Shown: piece after piece, positions 23,904-38,432 of the stretch
Layout of the letters: each line of letters opens with the position of its first letter
Numbering within the stretch: position 1 is the stretch's first letter
DNA from: Octopus sinensis
Taxonomy: Eukaryota
Length of the DNA: 64,000 nucleotides
Assembly: GCF_006345805.1 (NCBI RefSeq)
Contig: NC_042999.1
Span: 21,700,001-21,764,000 of the forward strand
Direction of reading: 5' to 3'
The notes under the pieces: generated by a model
Databases searched by the model: none
What the model saw: only the letters and a program-made list of their open reading frames with translations
Told to the model about the DNA's origin: nothing
Translations under genes and position numbers: made by a program

Positions 23904-24877
23904 GTATATGTATATATATATATAATATATATATATATGTATTATATAGATATATCTTATCTATATATATAAACACACAGACATAACATATCTATTGGCA
24001 AAAAGTGTACTACAGCTGACATGCTAATGCAATACTATGAAGATAAATTTAAAGCAAAATTCTACATACCCAATATACACCACACTGTTTTCGAGCCTTC
24101 TCTGTGAAATATACAGCATCGGCGACGACTATTCACTCCTTCAGTGTCAGTGGCGAATTATGACAGTTATTTGTCACACAAGAGTCCACATATTATTACG
24201 GATGTAAAGTAAGTTAATGATAATCATCTGTAAACAACGACACAATTATCCGAACTTAACCAATGTTATGTCCGTGTTCCCGTTTTGCACTTTCGTTATA
24301 TATTTAAGTTTCAAAATGAGGTCGCTTATGTACTTCCAGCAGACACTTAAACTATTTGTATTTCTGTGTATTTAATGTTGTCTGTTCATTTTATATTGAA
24401 TCCCAAGTTTTGGATTGTCAGGTAAATTTATTCGTGTCGTGTCTTGATAATGATATCTGAATGAACACGAAAAGTACGTCTGTCGTAGTGGTTCTGGGTT
24501 CAGTCCCGCTGCGAAACAACTTGGGCTAGTGTCTTCTACTATAGCTTCGGACTGACCATTGCCTTGTGAGCTGATTTGGTAGACAAATACAGAAAGAAGC
24601 TCGTAGTGGCTTTACATTTTATCTTATATTAAACTTTTTAATAAAAAAAAAAATTAAAAATGAATAGATAAAAAATAAAAAAATAAACGTTCATAAAAAT
24701 TTACAAATATAAATTAATAATTTTAATTTTAAATCTAAATAATTTAAATTTTAAATTTTATATTTTATATATTTTGTATATTATATTAATTATTTTTTTT
24801 TAGGTTTTGGTTTATGTTTTTCACTGTTTGATTTGCCTAATAGTGGTTTTATCTCCAATTTAATTTATATATATACG

Positions 24878-24970
<93 letters not shown>

Positions 24971-24975
24971 ATATA

Positions 24976-25295
24976 GGAGCACTCCGTCGCTTGCCACGAC
25001 AAGGGTCCCAGCTGATACGATCAACGGAACAGCTTGCTCGTGAAATTAACGTGTAAGTGGCTGAGCACTCCACAGACAATTGTACTCTTAACGTAGTTCT
25101 CAGGGAGATTCAGTGTGATACAGTGTGTGAAAAGGCTGGCCCTTTGAAATACAGGTACTCCTCATTTTAGCCAGCTGAGTAGACTGGAGGAACGTGAAAT
25201 AAAGTGTCTTGCTCAAGGACACAATCCGTCGCCGGGAAGTGAGCTCACGACCTTACAATCATGAGCCGAATGCCCCTGACCACTAAACCACACGA
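24976..25295 (-). mobile_element. tRNA-derived SINE family 3
   Basis: Minus strand: tRNA-like head, ccttgagcaagacactttatttcacg, 3' gttccgttgatcgtatcagctggg...gacggagtgctcc. Copies at 42745, 48343 and 55592. Confidence 0.88.
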
Positions 25296-25315
25296 ACATC
25301 TACACACACACATAC

Positions 25316-25316
<1 letters not shown>

Positions 25317-25412
<96 letters not shown>

Positions 25413-25685
25413 TAGATATTTATATAAATAAGGATAAGATCGTTATTTAAATATCGAACTTATCAAGTGGCTAGCATGAGAATAAAAACCTTCAAAGTTA
25501 ATAATTATATTCAAAATTATAATTTAGGGTATCTAAGAGATACCAGCACGCTTGAAATAGCAGCAAAAAACTGGACTCTAAAACCAGGTGCTGTATGAAC
25601 AGTTAAGGTGAATTTAGAGTCAAGTTTTGGCAGCTATTTCAAGCGTGGTGGTCTCTCTTGGACACCCTAAATTATGATTCTAAAC

Positions 25686-25756
<71 letters not shown>

Positions 25757-25757
25757 C
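25317..25757. repeat. Two (GATA)n tracts (about 25317-25410 and 25686-25757) flanking a foldback element at 25514-25679
   Basis: Directly visible. Arms aatttagggt...gcttgaaatagcagc / gcagctatttcaagc...accctaaatt. Confidence 0.9.
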
Positions 25758-26224
25758 AGACAGATGGGGATAAGTGTATGAGTCTGTCTGTCTGTTTGCT
25801 CCCCCCCCCGCCGCTTGACAACCGTTGTTGGTGTGTGTACCTCTCAGTAACTTATTGGTTTGGCAAGAAGATACCGATAGAAGAAGTACTAGTCTTCAGA
25901 AAGATAATAAGTCCTTAGTTGGATTTGTTCGACCAAAAACCCTTCAAGGCTTTGCTCCAGCATGGCCGCATGGCAAATGGCTGAAACTAGTAAAATAAAA
26001 AGAGATAAAAGATGATGATTTATGACTTTTCGAAGCGAACTCCTATTCTTCCTCTATAACTTTCGTTTACTGCTTTTGATATTTGAAGGAATTTTTACCG
26101 CTTTTCACACATGATAATTGAATGTCAAATGGTAAACAATGAACAGTGCTTCACTTCACATTCTATGAAGCTGGGGGAACTGTCATAGTCGGTCGAAAAA
26201 TGTGTGGTATATGCGGAAAAGGAA

Positions 26225-26716
26225 GGCGACGAGCTGGCAGAAACGTTAGCACGCCGCGCGAAATGCGTAGCCGTATTCCGTCTGCGGTTACGTTCTGAGT
26301 TCAAATTCCGCCGAGATCGACTTTGCCTTTCATCCTTTCGGGGTCAATAAATTAATTACCAGTTACGCACTGGTGTCGATATAATCGACTTAATCCGTTT
26401 GTCTGTCCCTGTTTGTCCCTCTATGTTTAGCCCCTTGTGGGTAATAAAGAAACATATATGTGTTTCTCGATATTTCTTTAAAAGGCGGCGAACTGGCAGA
26501 AACGTTAGCACGCCGGGCGAAATGCGTATCCGTATTTCGTCTGCGGTTATGTTCTGAGTTCAAATTCCGCCGAGGTCGACTTTGCCTTTCATCCTTTCGG
26601 GGTCGATAAATTAAGTACCAGTTACGTACTGGGGTCGATATAATCGACTTAATCTGTTTGTCTATCCTTGTTTGTTCTCTCTGTGTTTAGCCCCTTGTAG
26701 GTAGTAAAGAAATAGC
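26225..26716 (+). mobile_element. Two tandem SINE family 2 copies
   Basis: 26225-26452 and 26483-26716. Confidence 0.9.
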
Positions 26717-26769
26717 TATATACGGAAAAGGTGATATTACTAAAAGATCTGGACATAAATAGTTATTAC

Positions 26770-27545
26770 TATTTAATGCGGAGGAACTCCATCTCAGAAA
26801 CTCTCCGCGTTCTGGTCAATCCGTTCAGCTTAATGGGGATACGTACCAGTTCACAAGTGAATAAGAGCCTGAATTGGAATCCTGTCATGATATCATGATA
26901 TAATCGCTTGTCATCTATGCTTGATGTGTAGGATGCATGAACATCGAAAGCTCTGAAAGAAAGAGACAAACTTTAGCGAATGTATCGCAGGCTTGTTTGA
27001 TCACAAATGAATATTTCTTTGCCGCTTCGACTATGAAAAATAGCGATTTTACGTCAATATGAAGCAACAGAAAGACAGGCAAGTTCCCGACAAGCAACAC
27101 TTCAAACCAAGTTAGATTTGCATTTAATCTACAATGAAATGTTTGAAGGTAATGGCACACTCAGTGGAGAGATTTAGGTTCAGTAATTGCATTGGTTTCA
27201 CGCGGCAACGCAACCGAAACGACCTGATCGTTGACACAGCATGCTTCTTCATCACATTAACGTTCACCACCAATAAAATAAATTTGACCAAAAGCGTTCT
27301 TGAAGAACTGGATTGGAAACTTCTACTACACACATCGTATTCTCTTGGTATAGAACTTTAAGATAGTCACCTTTTATGGTTGCTCTCCAATAGTGTTCCG
27401 TTTAAGAACGACGTGGAGCGGGAAACAGAGCTTGAGAAAATCCTTGATTTGACCGGAGTTTTCTACCCACAAGACATTGATAATTAAGTGAAACGCTGGC
27501 AAGAAGTCGTAAACAATACAAAGAGGTATATTATTCATTGATTTC
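26770..27545 (+). mobile_element. Highly decayed mariner-like transposase
   Basis: Manual translation: LHLRNSPRSGQSV (HTH region) and EELDWKLLLHTSYSLG...DSHLL...FYPQDIDN*VKRWQEVVNN..YII. Confidence 0.7.
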
Positions 27546-28366
27546 TTAAAATTCTTCGGGGCGTTTTTGTTAAAATTCTAGTGCCTCTTTGTTATTTTCT
27601 TTGGATATTACTTGGGAAAGAGATAATTTATTCATTGGAATTATATTAGACGTTGAAGTATTATCGAACATGCGTCATCTCACTGGTAACACAGTGTCTA
27701 ATACTTATTCTAATTTCGACGAGGATTTCTTTGAAATGTCCTTCAAACACAAGTATGTTTCATGGATTAAGCATTATAGGAAATATCTCAACCTCTCTCA
27801 ACAACCAGTGCACTCCATAGTACCACATCACATCTCCTTGACATTTATCGCGCATTATCAAATCCTCAGTCTATTTCCCGTCTACGATAATATAGTACTG
27901 GTCTTGATAAATAGAGGTTTTCGAAACCAATTTCTTATCGGGTCAATGCGTGTGCGTCTGTGTTCTCTTGGTACATTAGCAGTATCAGTACCTACCAGTT
28001 TAAGGAAGGAACGAACAATTTAGATACTGTAGTTTCACAAGATTCTAAAACATTACAGGATAGTCATAGCTAGAATCACTTGCAAGCTAGAAGTTTTCAA
28101 CTGCATTCAACAATGACTTCACCGTGATTGAAAATTCATATTTTTCATTTTAGTTATTGGATTCAATTACTGATCCACAAGCATGCTTATGCATCATCTT
28201 CGATATATCTAATTATTCACATCGTCAAACGCAGCACTTTGTTAGCCATAACCAGTCATCTCGCAAGAGACAGAGAATAAGTCGATCTTCACGTAGCAGA
28301 ACGAATTTTAGACGTAGAATAAATGTGAAACATTTATTTTATTGCACTACTCATTAAATATATATA

Positions 28367-28412
<46 letters not shown>

Positions 28413-28537
28413 TATATCAGCCGAAGTCGCGAGGATGATCCGGTTCTTGACTGAAGATGAAGATTAGAGGCTTCGAATGACCCGTCCGTGTTTTTTGTAT
28501 CGTCTATTTGAATGTTTTGCGTTCTTGTCCCATTTTG

Positions 28538-28572
<35 letters not shown>

Positions 28573-28589
28573 CACACACACACACACAC

Positions 28590-28644
<55 letters not shown>

Positions 28645-29746
28645 TATATATATCGCTGCCGCATAATATATATATGTGCGTGTTTGTGTATTTTGCTAGA
28701 AACAAATATATGATCCTAATAATGATTTGTTACAATCGGAATGTGCAATAAGAGTGAAACCGGAAAAGGAAATAAAATATCCAATACAAAGCATACCACC
28801 TGTGTATCACATCATGTATGTACAACGTTGACAAGCAAGACACTGCTGTTTCTGTCCAGAATAAAATTTCTTAAAGACATCTATTAAAAACACTATATAT
28901 GGAAGGGAGACAAAACAATCATCCCGACAGCAACTAGCCAGAACTTCAGTTGCATTTCGGCCTCCATAGGCCTTGTCAATGACGTATACACTCAGTTGCC
29001 TGCCTAAACGAATTTTGTATCTTGGATATATAGGTATCAGTGAATAATACATTCTATGATATTCCGAATTCAATACAGCTTCAGTTGCGTATACCGGTAT
29101 ATTTTAAATACATATGATTGGCTGTCAGTATATCTCATTATGTTCACTGATCGGATAATGATGAAAGAAGAAGAGGGTCGAACACAACGCAAACGACAAA
29201 TCCAGATGCTTCTTGTTTTCTTTATTTTGCTTCTAAGTTGGGTTCTAAAGGAAGATGACGATCCAAAACGTCTGACTATAGATTTGCCAAAGCAGTATAA
29301 CTTCTCTAACTCTCCTAAGAAATCTCTTTCTGCAGATCTTCAACAATTGATCTGGATTCAAAGTCCTGCTCTATATTAGGAAATCACTTACATGATGCAG
29401 TAACCATTCCCATTAAATTACCATAATTGGTGTGTGATTACTGTCTCCTTTTCCACTCCTTTTCTCATTCTTTATATGTTTCCCTTATGCACGTAAACAC
29501 ACACTGACACGAAGTTCAGAATATTGTTAAATAAAATGTCAATATGCACGCCACTCTACGCTTTACAAACTCACTTCATATTTTCGTAATTTTGGCGACG
29601 TTTTAATTTATATTATTAATCTGAAATCTAGTACACGATTTAAGCAAAAGAGCATAGCAAAGTAAAAATAAAATACTTCTGATAGTTAGCCTTAGTAAAA
29701 TTTGGTTTTCCACCATTTATCAAAGTATGAGTTGTTTGAGAATTAT

Positions 29747-30080
29747 ACGGGGTGTCCCAAAAGTAACTGAGGGGCTTCAATTCTTAATAATTTCCTTAAC
29801 TTTACAAATAAATGCATGAGATTTTGATACACTAAAAAAAGACATAATGGAAATGAATATGCGCAAGTTAAATTTTTCAGCACCACTAACTACATTGCAT
29901 ATGACAAATGACATCACTTAAATGGCAGCCATTTTCGACTTCGCACGCCCATGCTCTTTCCAAAACGTGCACCATAAAACACCCTTAAGAGTTTCAGAAC
30001 CCACTTCTCTGATTATTCTATGGATGTTCTCCTTCAGTTGCAATAGGGTCTCCGGAAAGATTCTTATCTTTCTCAGCCGT
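29747..30080 (-). mobile_element. Tc1/mariner end fragment
   Basis: ta-cggggtgtcccaaaagtaact TIR-like end resembling 12376. Opposite end not found. Confidence 0.45.
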
Positions 30081-30165
30081 ACAGTTCTATATTTAAGAAA
30101 TGAATTATGTACGTTATTTACATTAATTACATTTGACGTATATTTGTCCTCATCTTGTTTGTTGT

Positions 30166-30245
30166 TAACACGTTTGGGCTGATATACCCTCTAGCATTCA
30201 TCAGGTGTCTTGGGGAAATTTCGAAACTGGGTTCTCATTCCTAAG
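30166..30245 (-). ncRNA. Family A hammerhead motif copy 3 (decayed), preceded by (AAT)n
   Basis: Reverse complement: aggaatgagaacccag...ccccaagacac-CTGATGA-atgctagagggtatatcagcc-CAAA-cgtgttaac. Confidence 0.6.
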
Positions 30246-30247
30246 GC

Positions 30248-30297
<50 letters not shown>

Positions 30298-30308
30298 TAT
30301 TATTATTG

Positions 30309-30345
<37 letters not shown>

Positions 30346-30987
30346 ATCTGACTTGTACGTATTGTTTCTCAGCCGTGCCCCACACATAGTAATATATGGG
30401 ATTATATTAATCCATGGGGGAATTAAGAGGATAGAAATCGGGGCAGGTGATGTAGAAATTCTCCGACAACCCTTCCGACACTTTCGGGAGATCTACAAAG
30501 TAGCCTAATCCTGCTGTCACACATAAGGTCTTCCACTAGCAACCTATTACAGATAGATTTTGACCAGTCTCCAGGAGCTTTACATAGTCATTTATATGAA
30601 ACCCAAGTCCCTGTTAAAAATGTAAAGTTGCATCACGTCCCTCTCATTTGATATATGCGTTCTATTCTAGGCTTCATGCTGGTACAAAATAGAAAAAACA
30701 AAACTGAAATTAAATTAAGCTTTCATATCAGTTATAGCAGTTGACATATTTCTCTTATAAAGTTCACATGATACTGTATATCGTGTCCTTCCAGAACTTA
30801 CATTATAAAAGCGTAATCGAATTCATTTCTTTTTTTTTTTATCCATTTCATTCCAATAAAAAGTGTACCTATCAAGTGAGCGAAACTGGTGACTGCTTAG
30901 TTAAAAATATCTATTTTGTCTTTCTGCATTCCATGATGAATGTCTTTAAGCAATTTCCTCTTCTTATTTTTACAATGTGTGTGTGTT

Positions 30988-31018
<31 letters not shown>

Positions 31019-31315
31019 ATGTAGTGTGTGTGCGTGCGTGTGCAAACACACACCACACACACATATATATATATATATGCACACATTTATATGCATAAGG
31101 ATGTCCTTCCTAAGCTCTGGTCTTTGGCTTATATATTGCCCCATTGGACAGGACGACCGTCCGACGCAGAGTTACTAATCCCTACGAGCTAAGTACTCTG
31201 GAGCGACTTAGAAGGAAGTGTTTGGCTCAGAAACACAAAATTTTACCCGGTCATGGAATCGTAACTTCTATCTTACGATCATAAGAGGTTAGATGTAATA
31301 TGATTTAGAAAGTGT

Positions 31316-31626
31316 AAAGTATAGAAGCCATCTTAATATGGCTAACCACATAGGGGAGGGGGTGTTACTGTAGCTCTATAGCCCCAGGAGATCGTCGTCT
31401 CCAGCTAGCTTTAGACACCATTTCAGAGTGCTCTTGAAGTATGTGCAAAGGGAGGCCATCCCTTTCTCGCAAGCCTGAGTGATACGCTCGGACTAGTTTC
31501 GGGATTATTGTCCCTTATCAACGGGCGGTATCAACAGCTGGAGACGACGATCTCCTGGGGCTACAGAGCTACAGTAACACCCCCTCCCCTATGTTGTTAG
31601 CCATATTAAGATGGCTTCTATACTTT
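31316..31626. mobile_element. MITE-like foldback, arms about 90 bp
   Basis: gtatagaagccatcttaatatggctaac...ccccaggagatcgtcgtctccagct and its reverse complement. Confidence 0.9.
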
Positions 31627-31730
31627 TCATTATCGAGCAATTACTGTTTACATCTCACTCTGAGATTTAATAATGATTTAGAAAGTTTATACAGAAAATG
31701 TGGTGTCATTTCATGTAAGTTTCAAACAAC

Positions 31731-32040
31731 AGGAGTGGCTGTGTGGTAAGTAGCTTGCTTACCAACCACATGGTTCCGGGTTCAGTCCCACTGCGTGGCA
31801 TCTTGGGCAAGTGTCTTCTGCTATAGCCTCGGGCCGACCAATGCCTTGTGAGTGGATTTGTTGGACGGAAACTGAAAGAAGCCCGTCGTATATATATAAA
31901 TTCTTTTTTTTAAATGACTTGCTTTGAAGTTTTGCATTCGGTAAAATTTCGTTTATTTTAGTAGTTTTGACCGCATTGGTCCCTCTTAGCGTACGGTATC
32001 TATGAATAGTAGTACCCTCAATATAATATAAATATATATA

Positions 32041-32071
<31 letters not shown>

Positions 32072-32297
32072 GTGTGTATATGTTTGTGTGTCTGTGTTTG
32101 TCCCCCTAGCATTGCTTGACAACCGATGCTGGTGTGTTTACGTCCCCGTCACTTAGCGGTTCGGCAAAAGACCGATAGAATAAGTACTGGGCTTACAAAG
32201 AATAAGTCCCGGGGTCGATTTGCTCGACTAAAAGGCGGTGCTCCAGCATGTCCGCAGTCAAATGACTGAAACAAGTAAAAGAGTAAAGAGTAACGAG
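31731..32297 (+). mobile_element. SINE family 1, full length with internal insertion
   Basis: aggagtggctgtgtggtaagtagc...aagtaaaagagtaaagagta. Confidence 0.9.
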
Positions 32298-32599
32298 TAA
32301 CACTAACAAAATATACTGCACTGAGTGAAACGAAAAATATTTTGCTAAATGAGATTGAGTATTGTACTTGTACACAAAGGCGTATTTCTTTGAATCGAAG
32401 ATACTAGTCAAATAAAAGGGAAAAAAAAGGTTTGCAGAAGTTCGTAACTAACGGAAAGTAGGAAATAAAAACGAAGCTAAAGAAATATTTTCTCTGAATA
32501 TTCGGGTGACGCAGTGTCAAGAAGATGAGAAAACAATGCTGGAAAGGGAAAATGCGAAAGATGGAGTAGCAACCAAATATCTCGTTTTCGAAATGTTTA

Positions 32600-32830
32600 C
32601 GACACAACGTTGTTTTTGAAACGAATGCTTAATAAATGACGAAGAAAGAAAAATTGCAACTTAAGTTCAAAGTGGCTACTGCACGTCTGACACTTTTATT
32701 GGATGAAAATGCTGTTGCTGGATTAAAATTAAAACCAGTATTGATTTATCCATCAGAAAACACACAATCTCTTAAAGGATTCTGCAAGTATTCCATACCA
32801 GTTTGTAAAAAAATATATTAAGAAAAAAAA
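32600..32830 (+). mobile_element. pogo/Tigger DDE_1 transposase relic
   Basis: KVATARLTLLLDENAVAGLKLKPVLIYPSENTQSLKG resembles Tigger [29 protein letters not shown]. Confidence 0.75.
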
Positions 32831-33221
32831 ATCCTAGTTTACTAAATATTTATTTGAAGTTTGGTTCACGATTTATTCAGGGAAGATGTAAAAACAATTG
32901 GAGAAATGCAATCAATCTTACAAGACTCTAATAACAAGAACACGTTGGAAAATATTAATGATACTTGCTGTGATGTAACAACAAGTGGTATAAGAACTGC
33001 TGGGAAACTTTAATTTCCCAAGAAATAAATAATTTTTTATGGATTCACGGCTGAAGCTGCAGGTCCCATAAAATAAATCATTCGATTTGGTTTGCACCTG
33101 AGAATATCAAGAACAGACGTTCACAAAGAATACTGAAGAATTGTTTGTTTCGTAAGTGAATAGTAATAAGCCTTTCTACTACAGTGGGAGGAGGGGCTAG
33201 ACATTTAAATCGACCTAACTC

Positions 33222-33470
33222 TTTTACTCTTTTACTTGTTTCAGTCATGTGACTGTAGCCATGGTGGAGCACCGCCTTTAGTCGAGCAAATCGACCCCAG
33301 GATTTATTCTTTGTAAGTCTAGTACTTATTTTATCAGTCTGTTTTGCCGAACCGCTAGGTTACGAGGACGTAAACACACCAGCATCGGTTGTCAAGCGAT
33401 GTTGGGGGGACAAAGACAGACACACAAACACATATATATATACATATACATATATAGGACGGGCTTCTTT
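33222..33470 (-). mobile_element. SINE family 1, partial
   Basis: tactcttttacttgtttcagtc...gacgggcttctttcag. Confidence 0.85.
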
Positions 33471-33751
33471 CAGGATATCTTCTTTTATTATGCATCGTTA
33501 CTATTTCATCACTTTACAATGCGTTCTTTTCTCTTTTCATTTCTTTATTTTGGACTCTAGCCATGCTGGGAGACTGCCTTGAAGAATCTTAGTCAGAGGA
33601 ATCCATCGCCGTTTTGAATTATTCTTGAATGCTTGGTAGTTCTTCTGTCCGTCTCTTTTGTTTGAAGCATTAACTTATGGAGGCGTGAACACACCAGTTC
33701 ATGTTTGAAGCGGTGATTGGGGCAATGACACACACACACGTATATTATATG

Positions 33752-33801
<50 letters not shown>

Positions 33802-33818
33802 TACATATTATATAATAT

Positions 33819-33851
<33 letters not shown>

Positions 33852-33878
33852 TATATATAATATATACATATATATATA

Positions 33879-33909
<31 letters not shown>

Positions 33910-34353
33910 ATTATATATATTATATATATACATATATAATATATATTATATATATATTATATATATATATATAATATATATATATATAGGTTATAAAATG
34001 AGATAGGGGTGAAAATTCAACCCACCATGGGATAATATATATCCAATATACTGCTAGATAGGTACCAACAAAATTAATACGTAGATGTTAAAAATTGTCA
34101 AACAATCAGTTCATCTATTGCATTATATGGGTAAAGGTAATAATATTACCGTAAATTAATACTACAAAATTAGAGAATGGAGAATATACTTAAATCAGTA
34201 AAACATCAACTATCCGATGATACTCAATCCATACTTTAATACACCATTACATATGAGTAAAGGCAATACATAAAATGAAATGAGATATACAGTAATAGTA
34301 AAAAGATAAAGAGATATAAGTAAAAAATTTTCAAATATAATATGCAATAAATC

Positions 34354-34469
34354 AAAACTGACAGCTGTTTCGGCAGTGAGGACAGTCATACCTCATTTAA
34401 CCTATAAGCCATAAAGGCAGGTATAAATGAGGCATTAACAAGGATGCCCCACGGCCTCTTCAGAGAATT
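34354..34469 (-). ncRNA. Type-I hammerhead with extended stem II (left arm copy)
   Basis: Mirror of 37601-37716. Confidence 0.78.
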
Positions 34470-34828
34470 AAATTAAATTTGTTATAATAGTGAAAAATAT
34501 TATACAATCATATACATATAAATATAAAAATATAAAAATGTAAAATATAAAAACTTATACATCATAATGCTACACTTATATAATATAATACACATTTGTA
34601 CAAAAAAGGAAGGTAAACAGAACAAAATAAAACAAAATATATAATAGTGTATATATTAATATCAATAAGTACCGATATTATACATATTTGGCTAATAGTT
34701 TTTTTTATATAAAAAAGAAGGCTAACATATATGGAGATGAAAAATAATAATTAAATCCGTGGTACAGTTCATAAGATTTTAAAGCTATAAAAGTTAATAA
34801 AAGTTAATAAAAATTACTATAATAATAA

Positions 34829-34880
<52 letters not shown>

Positions 34881-37191
34881 TATAATAAAAAATAGATACA
34901 GTTAAGTTAGCACCAAGTCCATCCTTACAAGATCGAAATAACTATGAGTTAAGAAATGCTGACCACTAGGTAAAGAAAATATAGATTAATTCGATTGGCT
35001 ATTGGTTTGAAATTTAAATCACAAAAAAAATTATACGGTTGGTTAGTCAGGGAACGCCAATATTCACACACGCATCTACAGATCAATCGCACATACACAC
35101 ATAGTTATATGTATATACATACACTTATACACATACATAATCACAAGCAACAACTAGCACATAGATAAACAAAAAGGGAGCAACTATGCTACAATTTAGT
35201 CCTTCAAAATTATAACTGTGCCTCAATAACAAAAGAAGAACCATCCATGCATTCCATAAAATATTTAATTTAGATATAAATATATTTTTAAATATCAGTA
35301 TTTACTAAGTCAGATACTTATTTCATGGGTAACTTAAAATTTATAACACCGGTTTGTTGCAGAGTAAACATACGGTTGTTAGATTTATCGTAAGTTTGTT
35401 ATGGTTTTAAGTACGCTAAATTATAAAATATAAATATAATAAAATATATATTAATTTAAATATTATAAATAAGTCACTTATTAACTTAATAAATATAGTG
35501 CCATAATATACCAGTTTAGGCATTAAAGAATAGAAGGGGAAGTATTAATGTAAACGCTTATGAGAACATCACAGAATTTTAAATAAATTTTATATTATAA
35601 AGACTTAAGATGAAAAGAGATAAAATAAATAAGAAGGAATAAATACGAAGGAATAAATACGGTTATACACATAATTATAAGTACAAACCAGTATATATGT
35701 ATTCATATATTATTAAAATTAAATAAAATAAATGATAGATATGTATGTATAAAACTACCAGTATAAGTAAATAAGTAAAAAATAAATAGGTAGCAAATTA
35801 GATGACTTGATATGTATGTAAACATCTACACTTAAATAGGCAAATAAATAAATAAATAGAAGACTAGATGCAAAAATTGATAATATTACAATAAAATGGA
35901 AAATAAATAAAAAATAATAAATAGAGTGAATATATATGTTATATTGTTGAAAGTAAATATGTATGGAAGGATAGTTTAAAGTACAGATCCAGAGGACTAT
36001 AGATATAAACTAAATATATGAGGCTGGTAATAATTATAAAGCAAAATGCATGTAAATGAGAAAATTAAAAAAATGAAAAAGGTTTATCAGTGAATAGCAT
36101 AAGATACAAATTAAGGTGAGTACAAAAAGACCAAATATACAATAAAAACCTTCCAAATAAACACATACAAAAAACCTATAATCTCAACCTAAACCCACCA
36201 AACTCAAAAAGGCTCTCATATATTACATATATACAATTCATTACATTATCCAGAGCTAGGTATCTACCCAAGATATATATTATACTATGCAATATACTAT
36301 GCAATATTGGAAGCTTCAAAAATCACACATTACAGGCAAGTACCAAAATGAATATGTTTTTTATGTCATATTGCAATTCTCTTAAAAAAAACAAACAAAA
36401 ACCCACATACAAAAAACGTATTTATTCCTTCGTATTATTCCTTCTTATTTATTTTATCTCTTTTCATCTTAAGTCTTTATAATATAAAATTTATTTAAAA
36501 TTTCTGTGATGTTCTCATAAGCGTTTACATTAATACTTCCCCTTCTATTCTTTAATGCCTAAACTGGTATATTATGGCACTATATTTATTAAGTTAATAA
36601 GTGACTTATTTATAATATTTAAATTAATATATATTTTATATTTTTATATTTTATAATTTCGTACTTAAAACCATAACAAACTTACGATAAATCTAACAAC
36701 CGTATGTTTACTCTGCAACAAACCGGTGTTAAATTTTAAGTTACCCATGAAATAAGTATCTGACTTAGTAACATACTGATATTTAAAAATATATTTATAT
36801 CTAAATTAATATTTTATGGAATGCATGGATGGTTCTTCTTTTGTTATTGAGGCTCAGTTATAATTTTGAAAGACTAAATTGTAGCATAGTTGCTTCCCTT
36901 TTTTTTATCTATGTGCTAGTTGTTGCTTGTGATTATGTATGTGTATAAGTGTATGTATATACATATAACTATGTGTGTATGTGCGATTGATCTGTAGATG
37001 CGTGTGTGAATATTGGCGTTCCCTGACTAACCAACCGTATAATTTTTCTTGTGATTTAAATTTCAACCAATAGCCAATCGAATTAATCTATATTTTCTTT
37101 ACCTAGTGGTCAGCATTTCTTAACTCATAGTTATTTCGATCTTGTAAGGATGGACTTGGTGCTAACTTAACTGTATCTATTTTTTATTATA

Positions 37192-37252
<61 letters not shown>

Positions 37253-37600
37253 AGTAATTTTTATTAACTTTTATTAACTTTTATAGCTTTAAAATCTTAT
37301 GAACTGTACCACGGATTTAATTATTATTTTTCATCTCCATATATGTTAGCCTTCTTTTTTATATAAAAAAAACTATTAGCCAAATATGTATAATATCGGT
37401 ACTTATTGATATTAATATATACACTATTATATATTTTGTTTTATTTTGTTCTGTTTACCTTCCTTTTTGTACAAATGTGTATTATATTATATAAGTGTAG
37501 CATTATGATGTATAAGTTTTTATATTTTACATTTTTATATTTTTATATTTATATGTATATGATTGTATAATATTTTTCACTATTATAACAAATTTAATTT

Positions 37601-37716
37601 AATTCTCTGAAGAGGCCGTGGGGCATCCTTGTTAATGCCTCATTTATACCTGCCTTTATGGCTTATAGGTTAAATGAGGTATGACTGTCCTCACTGCCGA
37701 AACAGCTGTCAGTTTT
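37601..37716 (+). ncRNA. Type-I hammerhead with extended stem II (right arm copy)
   Basis: CUGAAGA 37607-37613; GGC...GCC closing an about 85 nt hairpin; GAAA 37699-37702; palindromic ACAGCUGU; GUC site 37708-37710; weak stem I. Confidence 0.78.
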
Positions 37717-37974
37717 GATTTATTTGCATATTATATTTGAAAATTTTTTACTTATATCTCTTTATCTTTTTACTATTACTGTATATCTCATTTCATTTTA
37801 TGTATTGCCTTTACTCATATGTAATGGTGTATTAAAGTATGGATTGAGTATCATCGGATAGTTGATGTTTTACTGATTTAAGTATATTTCTCCATTCTCT
37901 GATTTTGTTATATATATATATATATATTATATATAAATAGTAAATAATATAGGGTGTATATATATGTATATATA

Positions 37975-38011
<37 letters not shown>

Positions 38012-38047
38012 TAAATAATATAGGGTGTATATATATGTATATATATG

Positions 38048-38085
<38 letters not shown>

Positions 38086-38104
38086 TCTATATATATATAT
38101 ATAG

Positions 38105-38275
38105 CCGCAGGAGTGGCTGTGTGGTAAGTAGCTTGCTTACCAACAGCATGGTTCCGGGTTCAGTCCTACTGCGTGGAATCTTGGGCAAGTGTCTTCTGCT
38201 ATAGCCCCGGGCCGACTAATGCCTTGCGACTGGATTTGGTAGACGGAAACTGAAAGAAGCCTGTCGTATATATGT

Positions 38276-38343
<68 letters not shown>

Positions 38344-38432
38344 GTGTATATATGCTTTTTCCCCCACCATCGCTTGACAACCGATCCGATGCTGGTGTGT
38401 TTACGTCCCTGTCACTTAGCGGTTCGGCAAAA
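38105..38432 (+). mobile_element. SINE family 1, 3' truncated
   Basis: gcaggagtggctgtgtggtaagtagc... Confidence 0.88.

Larger units (their letters stand above)
34164..37908. repeat. Large inverted duplication: arms 34164-35661 and 36417-37908 (about 1.5 kb each), 755 bp spacer
   Basis: Continuous reverse-complement match with scattered substitutions and small indels. Confidence 0.95.

Noticed and set aside
27620-28020. Coding-like composition on the minus strand
   Set aside because: Stops present and no family recognised.
28441-28490. CTGAAGA-T-GAAG...CTTC-GAAT hammerhead-like motif
   Set aside because: GAAA is broken and there is no pairing stem I; it could be a decayed copy but is not supportable here.
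34900-36416. Penelope RT or GIY-YIG ORF inside the large palindrome
   Set aside because: No long ORF or motif recognised, so the PLE link rests only on the ribozyme and the inverted architecture.
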